Shown piece after piece: positions 44,316-52,543 of a DNA stretch of 64,000 nt (positions are counted from its first letter, which is position 1; each line of letters opens with the position of its first letter). Below the pieces are notes generated by a model, which was not told the origin of the DNA, ran no database searches, and saw only the letters and a list, made by a program, of their open reading frames with translations. The position numbers and the translations under genes were made by a program. The stretch comes from a virus, in the IMG/VR virus record IMGVR_UViG_3300029243_000160, positions 64,001-128,000 of that record; one strand, 5' to 3'.

Positions 44316-45047
44316 CTATATCAATTTATTTCCCAGTTTTTCATACGCTGGTTGGAGCTGTTCTGCAATCGCTTTGTAGTCCCTGCACTGCCGGATTCCC
44401 TGTTCTACTTCTATCTCGTCAAAATGCTCTGCAATCATATCACAAAGAAAGCAAAAGTAATTGTCCAGATGTGGTGGTGTCCACATATCGGAACGGCACA
44501 AGAAAATGCCGTCATACTTCTCTTCTTTTTCTTCCAGTGTAGCAAGATTCAGTGAAAGCACATTTCTGAGAGCTTTGTCTTCTTTTACTTCTTTGTCCAA
44601 GCCGAACATTTCTATGGAGATTGGATTTGCTATCCATCTCAGCTTCATCTTGTACTCGTCCAGAAGGTATGAAATCCAGTTGCCACAATCCAGATGCTTA
44701 TTGTTATTCGTAAAGTCGTGGTGCATATCTATGTTTACCAGAGAAAGCTTTTCATCTTCTGACACATAGTCATGTACAAAGTCATACACATGGACATGGC
44801 TGTTTGCAATCATCACCGGAGTGTCTGGAGATTGCTTCTTTAAGATACGCTTCAAGCATTCCAATTCTTCTTCCAGAATGCCCACAGAACGCACCAGATT
44901 GGCTTGTGTGCCACCTAGGTAGTAAGATGCCCATATCAGTGTGGACAGTTCCGTGGAGTGGTCTACGCCGTCCGGAAAGCTTCTCACAGCTTCTTTTGTG
45001 ATTTTCAGAAAATAATCAAAATCAATAGAAAGGATTCGCTTAATCAC
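44316..45047 (-). CDS. conserved hypothetical protein (243 aa) with HHD / DCGNW / WTPPHLD motifs
   Basis: GTG 45047 start overlapping the upstream stop (GTGATTAA) with GAGGA RBS. Family not recognised. Confidence 0.6.
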   Translation of the reverse strand: MIKRILSIDFDYFLKITKEAVRSFPDGVDHSTELSTLIWASYYLGGTQANLVRSVGILEEELECLKRILKKQSPDTPVMIANSHVHVYDFVHDYVSEDEKLSLVNIDMHHDFTNNNKHLDCGNWISYLLDEYKMKLRWIANPISIEMFGLDKEVKEDKALRNVLSLNLATLEEKEEKYDGIFLCRSDMWTPPHLDNYFCFLCDMIAEHFDEIEVEQGIRQCRDYKAIAEQLQPAYEKLGNKLI

Positions 45048-45675
45048 GTTCCATATCCTCGCTGGTCTTCTGAGCTTCTTCATATTCATTATGAAGAAAC
45101 TCGCTGTAGCTTGCGTATACAGAGCCGTCCTCGAATCCGTATTCCTGTACATACTGGTCGAAGGTCATTTCTTTTGCCTCTTCACAGTTCTCATAAGCTG
45201 CTTCTGTAGCAGTCATGGTCACGTCATCTATATGGTCTGCAATCCATTCCTTCTTGTATTCTTCATACGCATTGAACTTTGTGGCATCAGCATACGGCGA
45301 TTTTTCAAAGAAATCCGAAAAGTATACAACTCGCAAGTCGTTCTTTCTTCCAAACTCCAGTGCTGCATTGCCTGCCCAGTTTGGAACGCCCTGCTTCTCC
45401 ATTTCATTCATCATATCTTTAATAGACAAATCGTCTTGCTTTACTGCGTTTCTCAACTCATTTACATCTTCTTTGGTATATCGGGTAAATCCGCTTGTGT
45501 TTGTTCCGTCCTCAATTGCTCTTACTGCCAGTTCTGCATTTTTCAGCTCGATATTGTCCAGCTTCAAGCAGTGTTCCCAGTACATTGCACCTTTCAAAGT
45601 CTCCTCAACTTCTGGCGTAACCTCATAACTCTTGTCGCCACAGTACAACATATAGTTTCCGTTCTCGTTTTTCAT
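45040..45675 (-). CDS. acidic hypothetical protein (211 aa)
   Basis: RBS GAGAAAGGAC. First gene behind the cassette promoter at 45777-45842. Confidence 0.65.
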   Translation of the reverse strand: MKNENGNYMLYCGDKSYEVTPEVEETLKGAMYWEHCLKLDNIELKNAELAVRAIEDGTNTSGFTRYTKEDVNELRNAVKQDDLSIKDMMNEMEKQGVPNWAGNAALEFGRKNDLRVVYFSDFFEKSPYADATKFNAYEEYKKEWIADHIDDVTMTATEAAYENCEEAKEMTFDQYVQEYGFEDGSVYASYSEFLHNEYEEAQKTSEDMERD

Positions 45676-45776
45676 AAAGCAAGTCCTTTCTCAGGTGTCG
45701 GCGGCATTGATACCACTGATTTGTATATTATTACATTGCATAATTCAGCTCTTTTTTGAGCTATCTTACATGAATT

Positions 45777-45842
45777 ATTATAGCACAATAGTGTACAAAA
45801 GTCAAGCAATAACTGTTGTTTACTCTGTAAATTATCCGTTAT
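45777..45842 (-). promoter_or_regulatory. full cassette: ATAACGGATAATTTACAGAGTAA motif + TTGACTtttGTACACtattgtgcTATAAT
   Basis: -10 at 45777-45782, -35 at 45800-45805, motif at 45820-45842. Confidence 0.7.
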
Positions 45843-45870
45843 GTTTTTCAAACACATTTGTGCAAGCATA

Positions 45871-45900
45871 CAAAAAAGCCACTCTCTTGCGAAAGTGACT
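45871..45900 (-). terminator. rho-independent terminator
   Basis: Minus-strand AGTCACT-TTCGCAAGAG-AGTGGCT followed by TTTTTTG and GTATGCTTGCACAAA. Confidence 0.55.
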
Positions 45901-45924
45901 TCAATGTTGAAGAATATGCTATTT

Positions 45925-47271
45925 TCAATTTTTCAGGAGCATGATGTCGTCAGCAGCATAGCCTGTATCATTTTTTGCATAGCGAATGACAAGCGTATTT
46001 GTGCCATTGCTGTATGCAGTGAAGTTGTTTCCAATATCCTCAATTTCTTTTCCGTCACCAAGCAGTGCAATGATTTCTTCCTTGCTCATACCAACATGAA
46101 TGCCTTCGCAGAACTCCACAACATAGTCATCTTCTTTTGTAAAGAAGTCACTCGTTTTGAATCCTTTGACAAGATACTTGTCTGCATCAGCTTTCCTCTG
46201 GTCATTGGCAGGAATCAGCTTACCGTCCTTATCGACTACTTCAATGGAAATGAGCGTCTTGTCTTCTGCTTCGCTTTCATCTTCATACATATTACCGTTG
46301 AAGTATAAGAAACTGTAATCACATACAGAACCGCCCAGAGCCACGTTCAGTTTCATTGTCTTTACAAAGTCAGCCAGAGAAATATCATCATTCAGATGAA
46401 TCTCCACACCGTTGACAACTGCCTTTGACAAATCAACATTCTCGGAAACATTCTTCGGCACATCAGGCACAAGCACAGTTTCTGTAGTTGTAGTAGTTTC
46501 CGTGGTCGGTGCAGTGCTTTCTGTGGTAGATGTTGAAGTATTTCCAGACACCGTTGTTGTAGTCTGCTCTGTAGTCTTTACAGGAGCTTCTGTTGCACTC
46601 GGCTGTTCTGTCGTTGCAGCCGTGGTCGGCTTCTTTGTAGTAGTGGTAGTCGGTTTCTTCGTTGTCTGCGAAGGCTTTTTCGTTGTTGCTTTTGTAGTGG
46701 TCTTTGTGGTAGCCTTCGTGGTCTTCTGCGTAGCCTTTGTTGTCTTTTTTGTGGTCTGAGCAGGTGCGTTGTCTACAGGCTGATTATTGCTTGCAGGCTG
46801 TGTCTGAGCTGGCGAATAGTTATTTCCACCATTGTCACTGTTTGTATAAGTCACATTCTCTGCATTCGATTTCGGCTTGTTGTCAGAAACCGGAATTGCC
46901 ACATACGGCACATTGCTGTTAGATGAACCGCCGGAACTGCTGCCAGCCGAACCTGTTGCAGAACGTGTGGAACGGCTGTGAACAGCGGTTACGTTTGTTC
47001 CATCACTCTTAATACCTTTCCCTGTGCCTGTTTTGGTAGTTGTCTTTCTGGTAGAAGAGGTCGTTGCTGTACCGCTGGTTGTCGATGCCTCTGTTGTACT
47101 TGTGGAGCTGGTGTCATAGTCACCCTGCTCTGCCACAATTTCCAATTTGTTCTGATTTTCTGCTTCTTTGGCTTTATCTCCGGTAGTGTCACCGCACCCT
47201 GTCATAGAAGCACACAGGCAGGCAGCACAAACCATAGATGCAACCGTTTTCCATTTTGCTCGTTTCTTCAT
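45925..47271 (-). CDS. lipoprotein with Thr/Lys-rich repeat region (paralogue family A)
   Basis: Lipobox ...CASMTGCGD. TTKATQKTTKATTKTTTKATTKKPSQTTKKPTTTTTKKPTT low-complexity region. The C-terminal domain is shared with 48068-48814 and 53300-54247. Confidence 0.8.
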   Translation of the reverse strand: MKKRAKWKTVASMVCAACLCASMTGCGDTTGDKAKEAENQNKLEIVAEQGDYDTSSTSTTEASTTSGTATTSSTRKTTTKTGTGKGIKSDGTNVTAVHSRSTRSATGSAGSSSGGSSNSNVPYVAIPVSDNKPKSNAENVTYTNSDNGGNNYSPAQTQPASNNQPVDNAPAQTTKKTTKATQKTTKATTKTTTKATTKKPSQTTKKPTTTTTKKPTTAATTEQPSATEAPVKTTEQTTTTVSGNTSTSTTESTAPTTETTTTTETVLVPDVPKNVSENVDLSKAVVNGVEIHLNDDISLADFVKTMKLNVALGGSVCDYSFLYFNGNMYEDESEAEDKTLISIEVVDKDGKLIPANDQRKADADKYLVKGFKTSDFFTKEDDYVVEFCEGIHVGMSKEEIIALLGDGKEIEDIGNNFTAYSNGTNTLVIRYAKNDTGYAADDIMLLKN

Positions 47272-47486
47272 TGCTTGATTCTCCTTTACTTTATATTACA
47301 ATAGACGAAGTGGGAAATACATCTCACTTCGCCTACGGCATTCATTCGTGCAGTGTTCTTTCTTACATCACACTGTCCTTTCTGGTGTGAGGACTTCCTC
47401 AATTGCGAATAGATATATGATTTATGGCAAGCATTCTCTTGTTCGTCCACAAGGCAGGATTTCCTGCAACAAGAGTTACTTTGTCA

Positions 47487-48062
47487 TCATGCCAGCAGGC
47501 TTTTTCTCAGGCTCAGTTCATTCTGAATAATGCAAAATAATTCATATGCTGCATAGCAGTCTGCCAACGCCGTATGTGCATCATTATGCGTGATGCCGAA
47601 GTGTTCCGATAAAGCTGTAAGTTTATAACTTTTCAGCCGGAACAAGCTCTTTGCAAGTGGTAGAGTGTCGATATAAGGATTTGTAAATTCTGCCCTCGAA
47701 GAGCGATAGACTTGCTTCTTCTTTGCAGAAACAAATCTGCAATCGAACCCCAGATTGTGTCCAAGCACCACTGTGTCATCTCCGATTGCTTCCAGAAAGC
47801 TTTTCAAAGCAACATTGATAGAAGGTGCGTTCTGCACTGCTTCATTCGTGATGCCTGTCAACTGAATGATTTCCTGCGGAATTGCTTTTCTCGGCTTTAC
47901 AAGCGTGTTAAATTCCTGCGTTACCACGCCGTTCTGCACCAGCAGACCGCCAATGTTGATGATTTCATTATAATCTGGAGATAAGCCAGTTGTTTCAAGG
48001 TCAAACACCACATAGTCTTTGATGTTTGCAGCTTCCTGCTCATTGAGCATTTTTCCAATCAC
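47487..48062 (-). CDS. DnaQ-like 3'-5' exonuclease (Pol III epsilon family)
   Basis: Exo I VVFDLETTGL, Exo II LGHNLGFDCRF, Exo III HTALADCYAAYELF. GTG start with GAGGA RBS. Confidence 0.85.
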   Translation of the reverse strand: MIGKMLNEQEAANIKDYVVFDLETTGLSPDYNEIINIGGLLVQNGVVTQEFNTLVKPRKAIPQEIIQLTGITNEAVQNAPSINVALKSFLEAIGDDTVVLGHNLGFDCRFVSAKKKQVYRSSRAEFTNPYIDTLPLAKSLFRLKSYKLTALSEHFGITHNDAHTALADCYAAYELFCIIQNELSLRKSLLA

Positions 48063-48067
48063 GATAA

Positions 48068-48814
48068 TCAGTCCTCGTTTCTCAGTAGGTAAATGTCGTC
48101 TGCGACAGGTTCTTCGCTTCCTTCTGGAGCAGTATCATATTCGATTAACAACGTATTTGTGCCGTTATTGTACGCAATCATGTCGTCCAATTCTGTTCCA
48201 GCACCAAACTGAGATTCTACAGCACTCTTTTCTGTTCCAGTTGTGATAACTCCGCAGAAATAGACGTTGAAGTCACTTCTTGTAAAGAACTGACTTGCAT
48301 GGACACCTTTCAGCTTGTAGATGCCGAAGTCTTCCGTTTTCAAGCGGTCACTGTCTACGATTTTTCCATCATAATTTTCCACTTCCAGAGATACTTCTGT
48401 GCAGTCATCTGAACCCTGTTGGTTCAAACTGTACATCGCACTGTGAAAGGAAAAGCTGCTCTCAACCGATGTTGCACCAAAGCTGTCACAGGACAGCCCT
48501 GTATCGCTTAACACCTTTTCCAGACTGGGAGCTTCATTCAAATTGATAGTTACTCCGTTGATAGTCACACTGCTCATGTCTGCATCTGTGTTGACATCAA
48601 CCGTAGGTACAACTGGATAGATGGTTTCGTCAGCTGGTGAGTTTTCCTCGACCTCAGCATCTGAACTCACTTCGCTGTCGCTTTTGCTTGCAAGCGTTTC
48701 CTGTGAGGCGTTGATGTGAATTTCCGGCTCACTGGAAGAATCATTTTGTTTGCCACAGCCTGTTACCGAAATCATCATGCACAGTGCCAGAATCAATCCG
48801 ATTTTCTTTCTCAT
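48068..48814 (-). CDS. lipoprotein (paralogue family A)
   Basis: Lipobox MMISVTGCGK. C-terminus ...YNNGTNTLLIEYD...DDIYLLRNED parallels the other two paralogues. ATGA overlap with the DUF262 gene stop. Confidence 0.75.
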   Translation of the reverse strand: MRKKIGLILALCMMISVTGCGKQNDSSSEPEIHINASQETLASKSDSEVSSDAEVEENSPADETIYPVVPTVDVNTDADMSSVTINGVTINLNEAPSLEKVLSDTGLSCDSFGATSVESSFSFHSAMYSLNQQGSDDCTEVSLEVENYDGKIVDSDRLKTEDFGIYKLKGVHASQFFTRSDFNVYFCGVITTGTEKSAVESQFGAGTELDDMIAYNNGTNTLLIEYDTAPEGSEEPVADDIYLLRNED

Positions 48815-49863
48815 TCTTCAAAGCTCCCTTCGGATTTATATTCGCTGTACGCATCATACATTGCGTTGATACGTCCGCTTACATTCCATGCGTGGTTTGT
48901 GCCATTCACAGAACAGTCGCTGTATACCGTTTTCTGTTCGCTGTCTGGTTCGTTGTTGAAGAACCAAAGCAGGAATTTCCCGATATTTTCAATGCTTTCT
49001 TTGTTTTCCTGTATTTCAAGCTGGTGACAGAAGTAGATAACATTCACAAGATTTGTTTTCTTGACAGCCCTTTTCAAAACCGCTTTTTTGCCGTTTTCTG
49101 CAACATACTCCAGTACGGAATCTGTAAAATCCAGAAGAGCCTGCATTGCTTCTGTCGTATTTGCATCGAAAGCCATGTTTTCATAACTTTCTTTGATATT
49201 CTTTGCAGACAGTTCAAACTGCCCGTCATAGATTTGCAGAGCTGTTTTGATGACAACATCTTCATTCTGATAACCTGCTCGTGCCTTATCTGTCATGTAC
49301 TTCATAAACAGGTCGGACTTTGCAAGCTGAATTACCGCTGGCAGGTTCTTTGCCTTGATTCTGGATTTTTCAATACCAGACAGGACTTTGCCGTTATTCA
49401 GTCGGAACATCATCTCTGCCAGTTCATCATCTGTTATATCGGTGAAGAAATACACTGTCATTGTGTAGCTTTCAAATGCTTCTCTCGCTTCTTCCGGCAG
49501 TTCCTCGTAAGTCATGCCGTTCAGGTCAACTTCATCACCACACCAGTCGTACCAAGGCAGGGACAGACCAGTCAAAGCAAATTCGTTATGATAGAACGCT
49601 CGAATTGCTTCGCATCGTTGTTTGCCATCGAAGCAGTCGAACACCTTGCTGCCTTTCTTGCAACCTGCCGGAGCATCAATATCTGTTTTAATAGTGTACA
49701 TCGGTGGCACTGGGTAATTATGAATCAACGATTCAATGAGCAGGCTCTGCTGAACCACATTCCAGACGTTTCCTCTCTGAATAGCATTGTCGAATACCAT
49801 GCTACCCTTTGTGACTGCCTTTGCAATCTGTTTCGCACTCCATGCAATGTTTGCCTTAATCAT
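48811..49863 (-). CDS. DUF262 (GmrS/ParB-like NTPase) domain protein without DUF1524/HNH part
   Basis: FDNAIQRGNVWNVVQQSLLIESLIHNYPVPPMY...FDCFDGKQRCEAI matches the DUF262 pattern (QR..vW, DGxQR). Confidence 0.75.
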   Translation of the reverse strand: MIKANIAWSAKQIAKAVTKGSMVFDNAIQRGNVWNVVQQSLLIESLIHNYPVPPMYTIKTDIDAPAGCKKGSKVFDCFDGKQRCEAIRAFYHNEFALTGLSLPWYDWCGDEVDLNGMTYEELPEEAREAFESYTMTVYFFTDITDDELAEMMFRLNNGKVLSGIEKSRIKAKNLPAVIQLAKSDLFMKYMTDKARAGYQNEDVVIKTALQIYDGQFELSAKNIKESYENMAFDANTTEAMQALLDFTDSVLEYVAENGKKAVLKRAVKKTNLVNVIYFCHQLEIQENKESIENIGKFLLWFFNNEPDSEQKTVYSDCSVNGTNHAWNVSGRINAMYDAYSEYKSEGSFEE

Positions 49864-49882
49864 GGGCTATCTCTCCTTGTCT

Positions 49883-49936
49883 ATTATAACACATTGCAAT
49901 ATTACATTGCAATTTACTCTATCTATTATCCGTTAT
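49883..49936 (-). promoter_or_regulatory. ATAACGGATAATAGATAGAGTAA motif + promoter (TTGCAA-18-TATAAT)
   Basis: -10 at 49883-49888, motif at 49914-49936. The leader before the RBS AAGGAGAG is very short. Confidence 0.55.
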
Positions 49937-49955
49937 TTCTTTGCAAAAAATATTC

Positions 49956-50270
49956 TTAAAATGATTTCAGCAAAGAAAAACCAATGCGTTCCACATAGTA
50001 CGCTTCATTGTCAACCACAACAACATCGCTGACAGAAAGTGAATGCCCACAAAAATCTTTTGGCAGGTTGACATTAAATCGAATGAAGATTTCTTCTAAA
50101 ATCGCATTCATGCCACAGGTCAATGCGTCTTTGGGAATCTGAAACGAATAAACGCTGTGGTATACGCTTTTCTCCAGACGGAGCATCTTCTCTTTCCATT
50201 CGTTTGAACCTTGGAACATCATTTTATGCTCTGCTGGCAGCTGATAAATTGTTACCTGTACTGTTTCCAT
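49956..50270 (-). CDS. YodL-like protein
   Basis: Trimmed to ATG 50270. ...ILEEIFIRFNVNLPKDFCGHSLSVSDVVVVDNEAYYVERIGF is the YodL-like signature I recall from Firmicute conjugative elements. Confidence 0.65.
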   Translation of the reverse strand: METVQVTIYQLPAEHKMMFQGSNEWKEKMLRLEKSVYHSVYSFQIPKDALTCGMNAILEEIFIRFNVNLPKDFCGHSLSVSDVVVVDNEAYYVERIGFSLLKSF

Positions 50271-50306
50271 TTGATTTACTCTCCTTATCTTTGAATCACT
50301 ATACTT

Positions 50307-50372
50307 AGTATAGCACAATAGTGTACAAAAGTCAAGCACAAATCAAATTTTACTCTGTAAATTATTCGTTAT
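50307..50372 (-). promoter_or_regulatory. full cassette: ATAACGAATAATTTACAGAGTAA + TTGACTtttGTACACtattgtgcTATACT
   Basis: -10 at 50307-50312, -35 at 50330-50335, motif at 50350-50372. Confidence 0.7.
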
Positions 50373-50400
50373 CAAAACAAATGATTTTTGTGCAAACATA

Positions 50401-50428
50401 CAAAAAGAGCAGGAACTTGCCCTGCTCT
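50401..50428 (-). terminator. rho-independent terminator
   Basis: Minus-strand AGAGCAGG-GCAAGTT-CCTGCTCT followed by TTTTTG and GTATGTTTGCACAAA. Confidence 0.7.
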
Positions 50429-50438
50429 CTTGCTAATA

Positions 50439-52409
50439 TTACATTGCTTCCAGATAATCCGATTCAAAATAGGCATCTTTCACTCTGCCTTTTGTGATTG
50501 CTTTTGCGACTGCTCGCATGAACTTTCTTCTGTCCGGAATCACAACGCTGTACTGTTCATTTGTTCTTATGTTCCAGACGATTCCCTTATTCAGTCCGAA
50601 CGCAATCATATAGCAGGCACATTGCAAGAAATGCTCATGGGACAATTCTTCTACGAATTTCAGTTCGTAGACTGTGTTGTTTTTGATAACGTCTGGTCTG
50701 CCAACAATGTCGTACACATTCTCGTTACCATCAATAAACTGCATGGAAAAGTCTTCCTGCACTTCTTCTTTGCCTGTAAACTCTGTTCGCAGACGATTAT
50801 GAATCAGGGAAAGTTGTTCCTCTGTGAGAAACGGCGGCTTTACCTGATAGTAATAACGGTTCTGGTATGTTTCGTATGCTGTCAGATACAGTACCTTTTC
50901 TTCCAGTGTTGCATCTTTTTTCAAGTTCAGAGGCGGTCTGTCGTCAGCAATATCCATTGCATACCGAATCTGTGCATCAATATCATAGTTTTCAAAGAAG
51001 CTTGCTTCCTGATAGATGCCGATGCAAGGAGAAAGGTCAATCATGAAGTCTTCCGAATCCACATCAATCATGGACTTATCTGTTCTTGCTTTCTTTCTTT
51101 TGCGAATCAGCTGATAGCACTCTTCCACATCTTCTTTGTATTTGAAATCGAACATTTCACTTACCTGAAAAGGACGCTTGTACTCTCCGTTTGTCGGAAC
51201 AGGTGTCGCAACGATTTCGTCCGGAAGCACATCGCTGAACGGTTCTTTTACAATGATGATTTTTTCTTTGCCTCGGCTCATAGCAACACAGAAGATGTTC
51301 CGCAGAATCTCATACTTTACGTCCGGATAGCCCATTCTGACAGACCAGTAGTCCAGTGTATAGTCAAAGACAACACAAATCTTTCGTTCCAGCCCCTTGC
51401 TGCTGTCAAAGGTTGTGAAGATGGCTGTAGACTTATCCGGAATCGTTCTGCCTGCATTGTCATCAGAAATGCTGGCGTAAACGGTTTTCTTGTTGAACTT
51501 TTCCGGATATTTGTCCTCTAAGTCGTTCAGGACACTTGCCATTTTTCCTGTTCTTGCCCCCAAGCACAGAATGTCAGACGGCTTCTGCTTTGCCAAATAC
51601 TCAATCACATCGCACAGCTCCATTGTTTCCAGCTTGCAGTCTTTGTTCACACCATTGATTTGCTTTCCCCAGATGTCCCCAAGACGGCTTGCAAGGTCAC
51701 TACAAAGACGGAAGCACTTTGTAAAAGTAACTGTATCATACCTTCCAAGAAACTGATTGATAAAGATAGGCACATTCAGTGTTGTTTTATCGTAAATCTT
51801 CTGCTTCATATCACCAACAGCAACAATCTGCACCGCTGGATTGCTCTTCTTGACGCATTCCAGCATCTCTGCGATTTCCTGTTCGATGTCCTGATATTCG
51901 TCAATCACCAGCAAGTCATACTTCGGGACTTCGATTTTTGTCTTGTTCTTCAAGAAAATCTGAATCAAATCAGAAATGCCAGCAGATAAGTGTGCGTTTT
52001 TCAAGCACATATATGCAAATCCGTGATAGTTGGTAACAGTTACGTTCTTTCCTCGAATTTTATCTCTTGCGTCAATCTTCAAAAGTGTGTTGTAAGTCAA
52101 ATACAGCACCTTTTTGTCCGGTATCTCATTGCACAGCACCTGAATTGTTGTAGTTTTACCACTACCGATGCAGGCATCTACCAGAACATTCTTTCCTGAC
52201 TTTGCAAGAGCAATCATAGATTGCTGCTCTTCGGAAAGGTCAGACAGTTGCATAACTGGCGTTGGTGTCCACTTGTCGAAACGGCTGTCGGCAGTTCCTT
52301 TATAGTACCACTGCTTTTGTCTAGCGTCCCATTTCGCTCCAAGAGCCTTTACCTCATCTTTTTCTACATAAGGCACTTGCAGATAATGAATTGTATTTTC
52401 CCATGCCAT
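50439..52409 (-). CDS. UvrD/PcrA-like SF1 helicase with C-terminal PD-(D/E)xK-like nuclease and short N-terminal YLxVPYxEKD..WY module
   Basis: Trimmed to ATG 52409 (RBS GAAAGGAAAGG). Walker A CIGSGKTT; motif II LLVIDEYQD; motif III VGDMKQKIY; motif V SSKGLE; motif VI VAMSRGKEKI. C-terminus GRPDVI...VYELKF. Confidence 0.8.
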   Translation of the reverse strand: MAWENTIHYLQVPYVEKDEVKALGAKWDARQKQWYYKGTADSRFDKWTPTPVMQLSDLSEEQQSMIALAKSGKNVLVDACIGSGKTTTIQVLCNEIPDKKVLYLTYNTLLKIDARDKIRGKNVTVTNYHGFAYMCLKNAHLSAGISDLIQIFLKNKTKIEVPKYDLLVIDEYQDIEQEIAEMLECVKKSNPAVQIVAVGDMKQKIYDKTTLNVPIFINQFLGRYDTVTFTKCFRLCSDLASRLGDIWGKQINGVNKDCKLETMELCDVIEYLAKQKPSDILCLGARTGKMASVLNDLEDKYPEKFNKKTVYASISDDNAGRTIPDKSTAIFTTFDSSKGLERKICVVFDYTLDYWSVRMGYPDVKYEILRNIFCVAMSRGKEKIIIVKEPFSDVLPDEIVATPVPTNGEYKRPFQVSEMFDFKYKEDVEECYQLIRKRKKARTDKSMIDVDSEDFMIDLSPCIGIYQEASFFENYDIDAQIRYAMDIADDRPPLNLKKDATLEEKVLYLTAYETYQNRYYYQVKPPFLTEEQLSLIHNRLRTEFTGKEEVQEDFSMQFIDGNENVYDIVGRPDVIKNNTVYELKFVEELSHEHFLQCACYMIAFGLNKGIVWNIRTNEQYSVVIPDRRKFMRAVAKAITKGRVKDAYFESDYLEAM

Positions 52410-52448
52410 ATGCTGTGCCACCTTTCCTTTCAAGAATATTATAATATC

Positions 52449-52514
52449 ATTATAGCATAATAGTGTACAAATGTCAAGGTATATTAAGGTGTTACTCTGT
52501 AGATTATTCGTTAT
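52449..52514 (-). promoter_or_regulatory. full cassette: ATAACGAATAATCTACAGAGTAA + TTGACAtttGTACACtattatgcTATAAT
   Basis: -10 at 52449-52454, -35 at 52472-52477, motif at 52492-52514. Confidence 0.7.
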
Positions 52515-52543
52515 GTTTTTCGTAATTATTTGTGCAAGCATAC

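Noticed and set aside
44308-44321. Plus-oriented fragment CTACTGTGCTATAT resembling the cassette promoter spacer and -10
   Set aside because: It has no matching -35 and overlaps the stop codon of the 243-aa gene. It is likely a recombination remnant rather than a functional antisense promoter.
46412-46759. 115-aa Val-rich plus-strand ORF
   Set aside because: It is a mirror translation of the Thr/Lys-rich repeat of the lipoprotein gene on the minus strand.
48784-49959. 391-aa plus-strand ORF
   Set aside because: It is antisense to the well-supported DUF262 gene. It is Cys/Phe-rich and low in complexity, with no RBS, and part of it translates the promoter cassette.
50388-51521. 377-aa plus-strand ORF
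   Set aside because: It is antisense to the helicase gene, which has all SF1 motifs. No RBS, and its composition is implausible.
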